Source: Deferribacterales bacterium (GTDB lineage: Bacteria; Chrysiogenota; Deferribacteres; Deferribacterales; Geovibrionaceae). From it: a stretch of DNA of 64,000 nucleotides. A program made the position numbers and the translations under genes. The stretch covers positions 1-64,000 of the forward strand of contig JBFWLW010000007.1 in the NCBI GenBank assembly GCA_050251945.1, read 5' to 3'. The notes beneath the pieces are model-generated. The model worked only from the letters and a program-made list of their open reading frames with translations. It did not search any database and was not told the DNA's origin. Below, piece after piece: positions 11,062-20,190 of the stretch (position 1 is its first letter; each line of letters begins with the position of its first letter).

Positions 11062-12171
11062 ATGAATAAACTAATCATGGCATTTTTTGTCATATCATGC
11101 GTGTCTGTCGCCTACGCTTACGAAAAAGGCGAAATGTATATTACACCCAATATCGGTTATCATATTTTTGATAATCAGCAGGATCTTGACGACAAGCTGG
11201 AAGGCGGAATCAGATTAGGTAAATTTGTTTCTGATAAAGTCTCAATCGAAGGTGAGGCAGATTATACCGATACTGATAATGCAGAAGGTAATTCAGTTGA
11301 TGCAACAACCCTTAACCTGAACGTTGTGAGACATTACGAGGTCAGCAGATTTTTCAAACCCTATCTGTTTTTAGGGGTTGGAGCTATGTTCTATGATCAA
11401 GACCATGTTGGCGTGTCAGGCGGTGCAGGTGCGAACCTGCCTCTGAACAAAGTTGTAAGTATTGATTTGCGCGTAAAAGATATGTACATGACAAGAGCAC
11501 ACAACGATGTTGTTCCTTCAGTCGGTGTGAGTTTTGCTTTTGGTAAAACTGTTCCGGCTCCAAAAACGGAGGCAAAGATTGCCCCGGTAAAAGAAACACC
11601 GGTAGTGGCACAGGTTGCTAAAGCCCCTGCGCCCGCTGCTGTTGCGAAAGCTCCGGAAGATTCAGATAGAGATGGCGTCTTTGACAACAGAGACAGGTGT
11701 CCGGGAACGGTAATGAATGCCCCTGTTGATTCAGAAGGCTGTCCTTTGGATTCCGATGGTGACACCGTTTTCGACTACATGGATAAATGCCCGGATACAA
11801 GAAAAGGTTTTAAGGTTGACTCTGACGGGTGCTTTAAATCCCTTACGCTTGATATCAATTTCAAAAATGACAGTGAAGAAATAGCCGACGGTTATGATTC
11901 GGAAATCAAAGATTTTGTTGACTTTATGAATGAAAGCCCTTCTCTGAACATTGAAATTCAAGGTCACACAGACAGCACTGGAACCGATGAATATAATGAA
12001 AAACTTTCTTTGCGCAGAGCGGATGCCGTGGCAAAAGAGCTTATAACTAAATATGGCATACACCCGTCCAGAATTACGACAAGAGGTTTTGGAGAGACTA
12101 TGCCAATAGTACCCAACGACAGTCCTGAAAATATGCGTAAAAACCGCAGAATTGAATCTGTCATAAGATAA
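11062..12171 (+). CDS. OmpA/OprF-family outer membrane protein with TSP3 repeats (paralog 1)
   Basis: Signal peptide, beta-barrel, Pro/Ala linker, DSDxDGVxDxxDxCP repeats, GHTDSTG..NEKLSLRRA..NRRIE. Confidence 0.93.
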   Translation: MNKLIMAFFVISCVSVAYAYEKGEMYITPNIGYHIFDNQQDLDDKLEGGIRLGKFVSDKVSIEGEADYTDTDNAEGNSVDATTLNLNVVRHYEVSRFFKPYLFLGVGAMFYDQDHVGVSGGAGANLPLNKVVSIDLRVKDMYMTRAHNDVVPSVGVSFAFGKTVPAPKTEAKIAPVKETPVVAQVAKAPAPAAVAKAPEDSDRDGVFDNRDRCPGTVMNAPVDSEGCPLDSDGDTVFDYMDKCPDTRKGFKVDSDGCFKSLTLDINFKNDSEEIADGYDSEIKDFVDFMNESPSLNIEIQGHTDSTGTDEYNEKLSLRRADAVAKELITKYGIHPSRITTRGFGETMPIVPNDSPENMRKNRRIESVIR

Positions 12172-12188
12172 TTAATTTTCAAAATGAT

Positions 12189-12222
12189 AAAAGAGGCTGG
12201 ATATATATTCCGCCTCTTTTTT
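12189..12222 (+). terminator. Intrinsic terminator
   Basis: AAAAGAGGC..GCCTCTTTTTT hairpin. Confidence 0.75.
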
Positions 12223-12364
12223 CTCTATGTCTCTGTGAATACTAATTCTAAGCGCTAATATCATCATTGTGAAAAAGTACCAAACTACCGTAAATGATCG
12301 TTTGACGATTTTTTTTTATATGCTAATGTTTCTCTTATCAAACACACAGGAGGAATTCAGGACA

Positions 12365-13474
12365 ATGAAGAAATTTCTCATTTCAGTCCTTGCCGTTTCA
12401 TGCATGACAACGGCGTTTGCCTATGACAAAGGTGAAATGTATATCGCACCTGCGCTCGGCTATCACTTTTTCGACGAGGATCACGATCTTGACGATGCTG
12501 CGGAACCTGCAATCAGAGTCGGCAAGTTTCTGTCAGAAAGATACGCCCTTGAAGGTGAGTTTGCATATGCAAATGCAGACAAAGATGCAGGCGGCGAAGT
12601 TAACGCTACAACACTTAGCCTTAACTCTCTGATACACTTTAATCTGGACGGCGCCATCAGACCTTACCTGCTTCTCGGTCTCGGCGGTATGTTCTATGAC
12701 GACGACCATGCCGGTATCATCGGCGGTGTCGGTGCGAAAGTTCCGTTTAACGACACAATAGGTCTCGACCTTCGCGTTAAAGATATGTTCATGACAGACA
12801 CTCGCAACGATATCGTTCCTTCAGTCGCACTGACAGTCGCTTTTGGCAAACCTGCACCCGTTGTCGCAAAGATGGCTGAACCTGTTAAAGAAGAACCCGC
12901 TCCCGCTCCGGCAGCAGTTGAAAAAGCTCCGGCTCCCGCTGTTGTTGCGGTTGCTCCTCTTGACAGCGACAAAGACGGCGTCTATGACGATGCAGACAAA
13001 TGCCCCGGCACACCCGAAGGCGTTACTGTAGATTCTGTCGGCTGCCCTCTTGATTCCGACGGAGACGGCGTTTATGATTACCTCGATAAATGCCCCGGCA
13101 CAAAGAAAGGTTACAAAGTTAACGCCGAAGGCTGTTTCATCGCCGCAACCCTGAATGTTAACTTCAAAACAAACAGCGCTGTTATTGCGGACGGTTATGA
13201 TCAGGAGATCAGCGATTTCGCAGAGTTTATGAAAGCAAACTCCGCTATAAACGTTGAAATTCAAGGTCACACAGACAGCGCAGGTAAAGACGTATATAAC
13301 CAGAAACTGTCTCAAAAAAGAGCAGATTCAATAGTTTACGAGCTTGTAAACAAATACGGCGTGGAAGCTTCAAGACTGACAGCAGTCGGTTACGGTGAAG
13401 CTCAGCCCATAGCTCCCAACGATACTCCCGAAAACATGCTTAAAAACCGCAGGATCGAAACTGTAGTTAAATAA
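12365..13474 (+). CDS. OmpA/OprF-family outer membrane protein with TSP3 repeats (paralog 2)
   Basis: Same architecture as paralog 1; AGGAGG RBS; GHTDSAG..NQKLSQKRA..NRRIE. Confidence 0.93.
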   Translation: MKKFLISVLAVSCMTTAFAYDKGEMYIAPALGYHFFDEDHDLDDAAEPAIRVGKFLSERYALEGEFAYANADKDAGGEVNATTLSLNSLIHFNLDGAIRPYLLLGLGGMFYDDDHAGIIGGVGAKVPFNDTIGLDLRVKDMFMTDTRNDIVPSVALTVAFGKPAPVVAKMAEPVKEEPAPAPAAVEKAPAPAVVAVAPLDSDKDGVYDDADKCPGTPEGVTVDSVGCPLDSDGDGVYDYLDKCPGTKKGYKVNAEGCFIAATLNVNFKTNSAVIADGYDQEISDFAEFMKANSAINVEIQGHTDSAGKDVYNQKLSQKRADSIVYELVNKYGVEASRLTAVGYGEAQPIAPNDTPENMLKNRRIETVVK

Positions 13475-13497
13475 GTATTAAAAGCTTATCAAGCTGT

Positions 13498-13534
13498 AAG
13501 ACCCCGTCTGCCTTTTCGGTGACGGGGTCTTTTT
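13498..13534 (+). terminator. Intrinsic terminator
   Basis: AAGACCCCGTC..GACGGGGTCTTTTT. Confidence 0.85.
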
Positions 13535-13662
13535 ATTTCTATGCGCAATGTGACCACAGCGCCGCCGTCACACTTAAAGCATATCTCGTAAATAATATCG
13601 CGTAATCATATGAATGAGAATGCGCCACCACTGCAGGGTTCGCAGAGACGGTTGGAGATGAA

Positions 13663-13698
13663 CGTTTTCGTGAGGAGCTTTAGTGACGAAACGATCTC
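13663..13698 (+). repeat. Degenerate copy of the short palindromic unit (GTCTYYGCGAG..GCRRTCT family)
   Basis: CGTTTTCGTGAGGAGCTTTAGTGACGAAACGATCTC resembles units at 23401, 24917, 54746. Confidence 0.6.
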
Positions 13699-13922
13699 AT
13701 TTGATTTAAGCCTTCCTTTAGAAAATGGGTGGATAAAACAGTAAGAAAGACGAAATAATACTCTAATGTGCCGCTTTTGTAATGTGGCGAAGTACAGAAC
13801 GGTGCGGCTGCCTTCGGAATCCGCTATGTGTAATTCGCCCGCCTGTCTGAGAGCCTATGAAGCTTCTGCTGAATATTATCAAGCAATTGATGTGTCTGTG
13901 GCTGTTTGCCGGAATATGACAT

Positions 13923-13951
13923 AAAAAAAGGCGGCTCTTACGAACCGCCTT
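13923..13951 (-). terminator. Intrinsic terminator
   Basis: AAGGCGG..CCGCC-TTTTTTT on minus strand. Confidence 0.8.
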
Positions 13952-13981
13952 CTTATTATTTCTGTTTAAACAGAGTAACTG

Positions 13982-14314
13982 TTAACCACAAGTTTCGGGC
14001 TGATCAGAGTCAGCAGCGTGATCGAACAGATATCTGTATACGTTCTGGAAGTCCTCTTCAGTTTTGATACCTTCTTTGAACTTACCGCCGCAAGGAAGTT
14101 TTGCGCGGTTAGTGAAAGCGTCTTTCCACTGAGCCTGAGTTTTTGTAGAAGCGCCTTGTTTCTGGGAAAGAGTTGTGCCGTCAGCGCACATAGTGTGATA
14201 TCTTTTCCACAGTCTTTTGCCTTTTCTTCCGTCGCCGCCGTTAAAATCGAAAGCAAAAACAGTTGAAGCTGTGAAAGCCAGAGCCAGAACCACTAACATG
14301 ATTTTCTTGAACAT
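13982..14314 (-). CDS. Small secreted cytochrome-c-like protein lacking canonical CxxCH
   Basis: Signal peptide; GDGRKGK..KTQAQW..YLFDHAADSDQPETCG resembles small c-type cytochromes (from memory); AAGGAG RBS. Confidence 0.6.
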   Translation of the reverse strand: MFKKIMLVVLALAFTASTVFAFDFNGGDGRKGKRLWKRYHTMCADGTTLSQKQGASTKTQAQWKDAFTNRAKLPCGGKFKEGIKTEEDFQNVYRYLFDHAADSDQPETCG

Positions 14315-14332
14315 TTCAACACTCCTTATAAC

Positions 14333-14409
14333 AACCAATATATTGGTTTATAGTCATATTTGAAGATATCACTATGTCGACATAATTTCAAGGTTTTTTT
14401 TGTATACAA
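14333..14409. promoter_or_regulatory. Cluster of perfect palindromes (candidate operators)
   Basis: AACCAATATATTGGTT 14333-48, TATGTCGACATA 14373-84, TTGTATACAA 14400-09. Confidence 0.5.
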
Positions 14410-14644
14410 TATACAGTGATTTTCTATAAAGATGTTGATACTAATAATGTATTAGTTGAAATATACAATAAAGATGTATGAAATGTCTGCTTTGTCTTAA
14501 AAAATTTCTATTCATTTTGTGTGTGAATTCCTGATATGCGTGTAATAATATAGGTATATCTTGCAATATTCAAAAATATGAGTTAAAAAAGATACAAATA
14601 GTATTAATACCGTTTAGGTATTAAACGTGATATCGGAGGCAGAT

Positions 14645-15229
14645 ATGCAGAAACTCAGATTGTTTTATTGTATTGTCGCCGCGGCTGTGCTTGTTCCGTT
14701 CGCCGCGTTCGCCGCTTCGGCTGTGTCCGAAGGCGAAAGACTCGGCAGACCCTGCGCGGGATGCCACGCCACAAACGGCTATGCTCCCGGCGAATATATC
14801 GCCCGCATAGGCGGTCAGAACACAGAATACATGACCAGGGTCATGAAAGAATTTGCCGCAGGCAAACGCAAGGGCAGTGTTGAAATGTCTTTGCTGGCTA
14901 AGGGATATTCAGAAGCGGATATTGCTGCCATTTCGGAATATTACGGCGGCAAACCATGGAAGAACTCAACAAATAAGATCGATTCCAAAAAATCTGCAGC
15001 AGGGCTTAAAATAGCCAAAGATAACGGCTGTTTTGACTGCCACGGCACAAAAGGCGAGGGCGTGGACGCATATCCCGTAATAGGCGGTCAGAACTCAGGA
15101 TACCTCCACGAGGTGCTTAAACGCTATCAGACGGGAAAGATAGAATCTGAAGAGATGGCGCTGGTGAAGGATATGTCCGACAGCCAGCTCGAAGCTCTTG
15201 CACAGTATTTTTCAGGCATCAGGAAATAA
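14645..15229 (+). CDS. fccA: Di-heme cytochrome c, flavocytochrome c sulfide dehydrogenase cytochrome subunit
   Basis: Signal peptide, CAGCH and CFDCH; directly upstream of FccB-like gene. Confidence 0.85.
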   Translation: MQKLRLFYCIVAAAVLVPFAAFAASAVSEGERLGRPCAGCHATNGYAPGEYIARIGGQNTEYMTRVMKEFAAGKRKGSVEMSLLAKGYSEADIAAISEYYGGKPWKNSTNKIDSKKSAAGLKIAKDNGCFDCHGTKGEGVDAYPVIGGQNSGYLHEVLKRYQTGKIESEEMALVKDMSDSQLEALAQYFSGIRK

Positions 15230-15239
15230 GGGGGCGGAT

Positions 15240-16544
15240 ATGAGCATTACAAGACGTAACTTTATAAAATACACCTCTGCGGCTGTTGCAGGCGCTTCCG
15301 TTCTCGGACATTCCGCAGTTGCTCCCGCGGCTCAGAAGGCAGCGGGCATCATAATGCCGAAGAAAGGCAAAAGGATAGTAGTTCTCGGCGGCGGCTGGGG
15401 CGGATGCACAGCGGCAAAATACGCCAGAATGGAAGATCCCAAGGTTGAGGTGATACTGATCGAAAGAGACCCTAAATTCATCTCATGCCCAGTCAGTAAC
15501 CTTGTGATTGGCGGTCAGAAGACTATGAAGGACATCACCTTCACACGCGACAAGCTGGCAAAGAACTACGGAATAAAAATAGTTTACACCGAAGCCACGG
15601 CACTGGATGCGGTCAAAAAGACGCTTACGACCAAAGCCGGAACAATAGAATATGATAAGCTCATCGTTTCACCCGGCATAAGCTATGACTACGATGCGAT
15701 AGAGGGTCTGAACAATGCGGCGGCGATCAAAAAATTTCCCGCGGCATTCAAGGCAGGGGCTGAAACAGTCGCTCTCAGAGAGAAACTCGTTGCCATGAAA
15801 CCCGGCGGTGTTGTTGTTCTTGCAGTTCCTCCCGTGCCTTACAGATGTCCCCCCGGACCATATGAAAGAGCTTCGCTCATAGCGAATTTCCTGAAAAAAT
15901 ATAAAAAAGGTTCCAAGATAATCGTTGTTGACGCAAATGACGACGTTACGTCCAAAGGACCGCTGTTTAAGAAGGCTTGGGCTGATTATTACAAGGATAT
16001 CCTTGAATATATTCCCGATGCAGCCGTTACAAAGGTTGATTCTTCCACAGGGGTTATAACAACAGAGCAGGGCGAGATAAAATCCGACGTTGCGAACATC
16101 ATTCCTACCATGACGGCAGGCAGATCGGCGTTCGACCTCGGGCTGATGAACAAGCCGGACGACAAGTTTATCCGTGCGGACGCTTACACTCTTGAGTCCT
16201 ATAACTTCAAAGACGTGTACGTTGTCGGCGACGCAACCCACAACGGCGCTGTCGGCGGTGTGCCGAAATCCGGCTATGTGGCAAACTCTATGGGCAAGGT
16301 CGCCGCGAGTGCCGCAGTCCGCACTCTGAACGGTCAGGAACCTCTGGCACCTTCACTGATAAACACCTGTTACAGCATGGTTAACGATGACGAAGCTATC
16401 TTCGTTGCCGCTTCATACAGATATGATGATGTGAGTAAAAGAATAATCTCCGCATCCGGCGGAACATCCCCGGAACGCTCTGTTCTCTTCGGCAAGCATG
16501 CCGAAGACTGGGCGCTTGGAATCTGGAACGATATACTCGGATAA
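15240..16544 (+). CDS. fccB: Flavocytochrome c sulfide dehydrogenase flavoprotein subunit (FccB/SoxF family)
   Basis: Tat motif TRRNFIK, GGGWGG, SCPVSN, YRCPPGPYERA, PKSG, NTCYS. Confidence 0.9.
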   Translation: MSITRRNFIKYTSAAVAGASVLGHSAVAPAAQKAAGIIMPKKGKRIVVLGGGWGGCTAAKYARMEDPKVEVILIERDPKFISCPVSNLVIGGQKTMKDITFTRDKLAKNYGIKIVYTEATALDAVKKTLTTKAGTIEYDKLIVSPGISYDYDAIEGLNNAAAIKKFPAAFKAGAETVALREKLVAMKPGGVVVLAVPPVPYRCPPGPYERASLIANFLKKYKKGSKIIVVDANDDVTSKGPLFKKAWADYYKDILEYIPDAAVTKVDSSTGVITTEQGEIKSDVANIIPTMTAGRSAFDLGLMNKPDDKFIRADAYTLESYNFKDVYVVGDATHNGAVGGVPKSGYVANSMGKVAASAAVRTLNGQEPLAPSLINTCYSMVNDDEAIFVAASYRYDDVSKRIISASGGTSPERSVLFGKHAEDWALGIWNDILG

Positions 16545-16575
16545 AAAAATAGCGGAGGCATAAAAACCTCCGCTT

Positions 16576-16807
16576 CATACTGATGACAAAGTCAGGAAGA
16601 TGCGAGATCGCGTCGTCGATTTATTCGATAAATAGTTTAAAGTGGACTCATTTCAGCAAGCTCGGTACAGAAACATTTGCAAAAATAGGCAAATGTTTTC
16701 AGCCTTCGGCTAGTGCTCCTCGCGAAGACAAAAAAACGTCTCTGCGAGGGTTTTAACCCGAAGCAGTCTAATGTGAGTCTGTGTAAATTTAGTTTGTCAA
16801 CAATCTG
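16576..16807 (+). mobile_element. MITE-like element copy A, flanked by 26-bp terminator duplication
   Basis: Ends CATACTGATGACAAA..TTTGTCAACAATCTG; TAGCGGAGGCATAAAAACCTCCGCTT at 16550-75 and 16808-33. Confidence 0.85.
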
Positions 16808-16842
16808 TAGCGGAGGCATAAAAACCTCCGCTTTTTCGTTTT

Positions 16843-17277
16843 CTAGTGTTCGTGGGTACCGCAGCCGCATGCGCCGCAGCAGCCGTCCATGGAAAGTTCC
16901 GTGAGAACCCCGTTGACGCTTTTTGGATGCACGAAAGCAACCTTTTTGCCGTGTGCGCCGTCCATTGGTTCTTCGTTGATGAGCGTCGCTCCCTCTTCTT
17001 TCAGCTTTTTCAGCGCTGTCGTGATATTTGCCACGCTGTAAGCAATGTGGTGTATGCCTTCGCCTTTCTTCTCAAGAAATTTTGCGATAGGGCTTTCCGG
17101 GCTGGTGGGTTCCAGAAGCTCTATGTTGCTTTCGCCGACCTTAACGAACGCAACTTTTACTTTCTGACTTTCAACCTCTTCATAATGATAGGGTTTTATC
17201 CCCATGGTAATGTAGAATTTAGTAGCCTCGTCAAGATTTTTTACGGCTATGCCAATGTGGTCTATTTTCTCAAGCAT
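16843..17277 (-). CDS. mce: Methylmalonyl-CoA epimerase (VOC family)
   Basis: IDHIGIAV, IELLEP..SPIAKFLEKKGEGIHHIA, FVHPKSVNGVLTEL. Confidence 0.9.
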   Translation of the reverse strand: MLEKIDHIGIAVKNLDEATKFYITMGIKPYHYEEVESQKVKVAFVKVGESNIELLEPTSPESPIAKFLEKKGEGIHHIAYSVANITTALKKLKEEGATLINEEPMDGAHGKKVAFVHPKSVNGVLTELSMDGCCGACGCGTHEH

Positions 17278-17288
17278 GCAAATCACCT

Positions 17289-18713
17289 CTAGCTCGTTAA
17301 TTTCTTAAGCAGGGGGGCAACAACGCCGGGGTTCGCCTTGCCTTTGGATGCTTTCATGATCTGTCCCATGAAAAATCCCTGAAGCTTGGCTTCGCCGTTT
17401 TTGTATCTTTCGGTTTCGGCGGGGTTTGCATCCAGCACCTGTTTAACGATGGCTTCCAGTTCGTCTTCATTGCTGTTTTGGACAAGTCCTTTCTCTGCAA
17501 CGATATCGGATGGTTTTTTACCTGTTTCGGCTGTTTCGTCAAACACCTGCTTTGCAATGTTTCCGCTTATCTTTCCTTCGTCTATGAGTTTGACAATCTC
17601 TGCAAGGTTTTCAGGCGATATGCCTGCTTCAAAGATTGTGCATTGTTTGTCGTTAAGCCTGCGCATAAGCTCGCCCATGACCCAGTTGCAAACTGCTTTT
17701 GGGTTGTAGTGGGATTTGACCGCCTGCTCAAAGTATGCACCGTAGGATTTGGCAGATACGAGGAAATCGGCGTCGATGCCTGACAGCCCGTATTCGCTCA
17801 TGAATCGCGCGCGTTTTGCGTCCGGCAGTTCGGGCATCCATGCTTTGATGCCGCTTATGAATTTCTCCTCAAGCACTATCGGCACAAGGTCAGGATCCGG
17901 AAAGTAGCGATAGTCGTGGGCATCCTCTTTTCCGCGCATAGAGGCTGTAATACCCGTATCCGCGTTGAAAAGGCGTGTTTCCTGAACTATCTTTCCGCCT
18001 TCATTCAGAACTTTTTCCTGACGTTTCTGCTCGTATTTGATAGCTCTTTCGACGTTTTTAAAAGAGTTTACGTTTTTTATCTCAGCGCGTGTTCCAAAAG
18101 GCGCGCCGGAATCGGGACGGATGGACACGTTTGCGTCGCATCTCATGGAGCCTTCCTCCATGTTGCAGTCGGAAACCTCCACGTATTCGAGGATCGTTTT
18201 GAGTTTCATGAGGTACGCTTTCGCCTCTTCCGCACTTCGCAGGTCTGGTTCGGAGACTATCTCCATAAGGGGCGTTCCCGTACGGTTAAGGTCAACGAGA
18301 CTGCATCCCGCTTCGTGGTTCAGCTTGCCGGCATCCTCTTCGATGTGGATTCTTGTTATGCCGATGCGTTTCTGTGTGCCGTCTTCAAGCTCTATGTCGA
18401 TGTAGCCGTGTTCGCAGATAGGCAGTTCATACTGGGAAATCTGATATGCTTTCGGCAGATCGGGGTAGAAATAGTTCTTTCTGGCGAATACGCTTTTGGT
18501 GCGTATCTGGCAGTTAAGCGCCAGCCCCGCCTTTACGGTGTATTCAATCACTTTTTCATTGAGAACGGGCAGAACGCCGGGCATGCCGAGACAAACAGGG
18601 CATACGTTGGTGTTCGGGTCTGATCCGAATTTATTTGAGCATGTGCAGAATATCTTGCTTTCGGTAGACATCTGGACATGCACTTCAAGTCCGATTACGG
18701 GTTCATAGCTCAT
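17289..18713 (-). CDS. gatB: Asp/Glu-tRNA amidotransferase subunit B
   Basis: IGLEVHVQ, RKNYFYPDLPK, EEDAGK, DYRYFPDPDL. Confidence 0.98.
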   Translation of the reverse strand: MSYEPVIGLEVHVQMSTESKIFCTCSNKFGSDPNTNVCPVCLGMPGVLPVLNEKVIEYTVKAGLALNCQIRTKSVFARKNYFYPDLPKAYQISQYELPICEHGYIDIELEDGTQKRIGITRIHIEEDAGKLNHEAGCSLVDLNRTGTPLMEIVSEPDLRSAEEAKAYLMKLKTILEYVEVSDCNMEEGSMRCDANVSIRPDSGAPFGTRAEIKNVNSFKNVERAIKYEQKRQEKVLNEGGKIVQETRLFNADTGITASMRGKEDAHDYRYFPDPDLVPIVLEEKFISGIKAWMPELPDAKRARFMSEYGLSGIDADFLVSAKSYGAYFEQAVKSHYNPKAVCNWVMGELMRRLNDKQCTIFEAGISPENLAEIVKLIDEGKISGNIAKQVFDETAETGKKPSDIVAEKGLVQNSNEDELEAIVKQVLDANPAETERYKNGEAKLQGFFMGQIMKASKGKANPGVVAPLLKKLTS

Positions 18714-18726
18714 CTTTTATATCCTA

Positions 18727-20178
18727 TTATTTCAATTTTTCAGGCATTACAGGCAGTTTCGCCTGCTGTTCAAATGCATATGCAAGGTTGTAAAGTCTTC
18801 CCTCGTCAAAATATTTGCCGAGAAGCTGCACGCCGACAGGCATACCGTCTGCACCGAAGCCGCAAGGCATGGAAAGTCCGCATCCGCCGTAGAGGTTCAG
18901 CGAGATGGTGTTTATGTCGCTCAGATACATCTGGAGCGGGTCGCTCATTTTTTCGCCGGCTTTGAAGGCTGTTGTGGGCGAAGTGGGGCAGATTATCGCG
19001 TCAACCTTTTCAAAGGCGTTAACGAAGTCCTGTTTGATAAGCGTCCTTACTTTCTGTGCTTTAATGTAATATGCGTCGTAATATCCTGCGCTGAGGACGT
19101 AGGTGCCAAGCATGATGCGTCGTTTCACCTCATCGCCGAAGCCCTGTGAGCGGGATTCATAGAACATATCCTTAAGGTTGTCAGCGTCTGCTCTGAAACC
19201 GAAGCGGATACCGTCGTAGCGTCCGAGGTTGCTTGATGCTTCCGCTGTTGCGATGATATAGTAAGTTGCCACAGCATATTCTGTGTGCGGCATACTGATT
19301 TCAACTATTTCGCATCCCATGCCTTCGTATGCTTTAATGGCGTTGTTGACACATTCGCGCACGTCGGCGGCTATGCCTTCCGCGAAATACTCTTTCGGAA
19401 CGCCTATTTTCATTCCTTTTACGTCGCCTGTGAGGTATTTGGAATAATCATCCTGTGCAACGTTCAGGCTTGTGGAGTCTTTTTTATCGTATTTTCCGAT
19501 AACGGAAAGCACTGCGGCGTTGTCACTGATGTTCGATGTCATGGGACCGATCTGATCGAGCGACGATGCGAACGCTATGAGACCGAAGCGGGAGACCCTG
19601 CCGTATGTGGGTTTCATCCCTGTGATACCGCAGAGTGAAGCGGGCTGGCGGATTGAGCCGCCTGTGTCACTGCCGAGGGCGAAGGTTGTCAGTCCCGCCG
19701 CAACTGATGCCGCAGAACCGCCTGATGAACCGCCGGGGACTTTTGTTGTGTCCCACGGGTTGCGGGTCTTTTTGCGGAAAGCCGTTTCGTTGGATGAACC
19801 CATGGCGAATTCGTCCATGCTCAGTTTGCCGAGGCAGAGGAAGCCTGTATCCTCAAGAAGCTGAGCCGCAGTACCCTGAAACGGAGGCACGAAGCCTTCC
19901 AGTATCTTTGAACTGCATGTCGCGGGCATATCTTTCTGGATTATAAGGTCTTTCAGCGCCATGGGGATACCTGCGTAAGCGGGCAGGGGTTCGCCTTTTG
20001 CACGTTTTTCGTCAACCGCTTTCGCCTGTTCGATGACCTTTTCGTTTATATAGTTATATGCGCAGATTTCAGCGTCGTATTTGTCTATCCTGTCCAGATA
20101 GAACTGTGTGAGTTCTGCGGATGATATCTCTTTTTTGTTAAGCGATTCTGAAAGTTGTTTAAGTGTTTTTCCAATCAT
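18727..20178 (-). CDS. gatA: Asp/Glu-tRNA amidotransferase subunit A
   Basis: Amidase signature GGSSGGSA, GSDTGGSIRQP, EVKRRIMLGT. Confidence 0.98.
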   Translation of the reverse strand: MIGKTLKQLSESLNKKEISSAELTQFYLDRIDKYDAEICAYNYINEKVIEQAKAVDEKRAKGEPLPAYAGIPMALKDLIIQKDMPATCSSKILEGFVPPFQGTAAQLLEDTGFLCLGKLSMDEFAMGSSNETAFRKKTRNPWDTTKVPGGSSGGSAASVAAGLTTFALGSDTGGSIRQPASLCGITGMKPTYGRVSRFGLIAFASSLDQIGPMTSNISDNAAVLSVIGKYDKKDSTSLNVAQDDYSKYLTGDVKGMKIGVPKEYFAEGIAADVRECVNNAIKAYEGMGCEIVEISMPHTEYAVATYYIIATAEASSNLGRYDGIRFGFRADADNLKDMFYESRSQGFGDEVKRRIMLGTYVLSAGYYDAYYIKAQKVRTLIKQDFVNAFEKVDAIICPTSPTTAFKAGEKMSDPLQMYLSDINTISLNLYGGCGLSMPCGFGADGMPVGVQLLGKYFDEGRLYNLAYAFEQQAKLPVMPEKLK

Positions 20179-20190
20179 GTCAGCCCCCCC

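Noticed and set aside
13540..13922. Unexplained intergenic DNA, including a 32-codon minus-strand ORF (MSYSGKQP..)
   Set aside because: No RBS, riboswitch consensus or recognisable homology
16637..16904. Short ORFs over repeats (also 23220-23526, 24685-24939, 33972-34172, 45583-45816, 54707-55129)
   Set aside because: Translations of non-coding palindromic repeats
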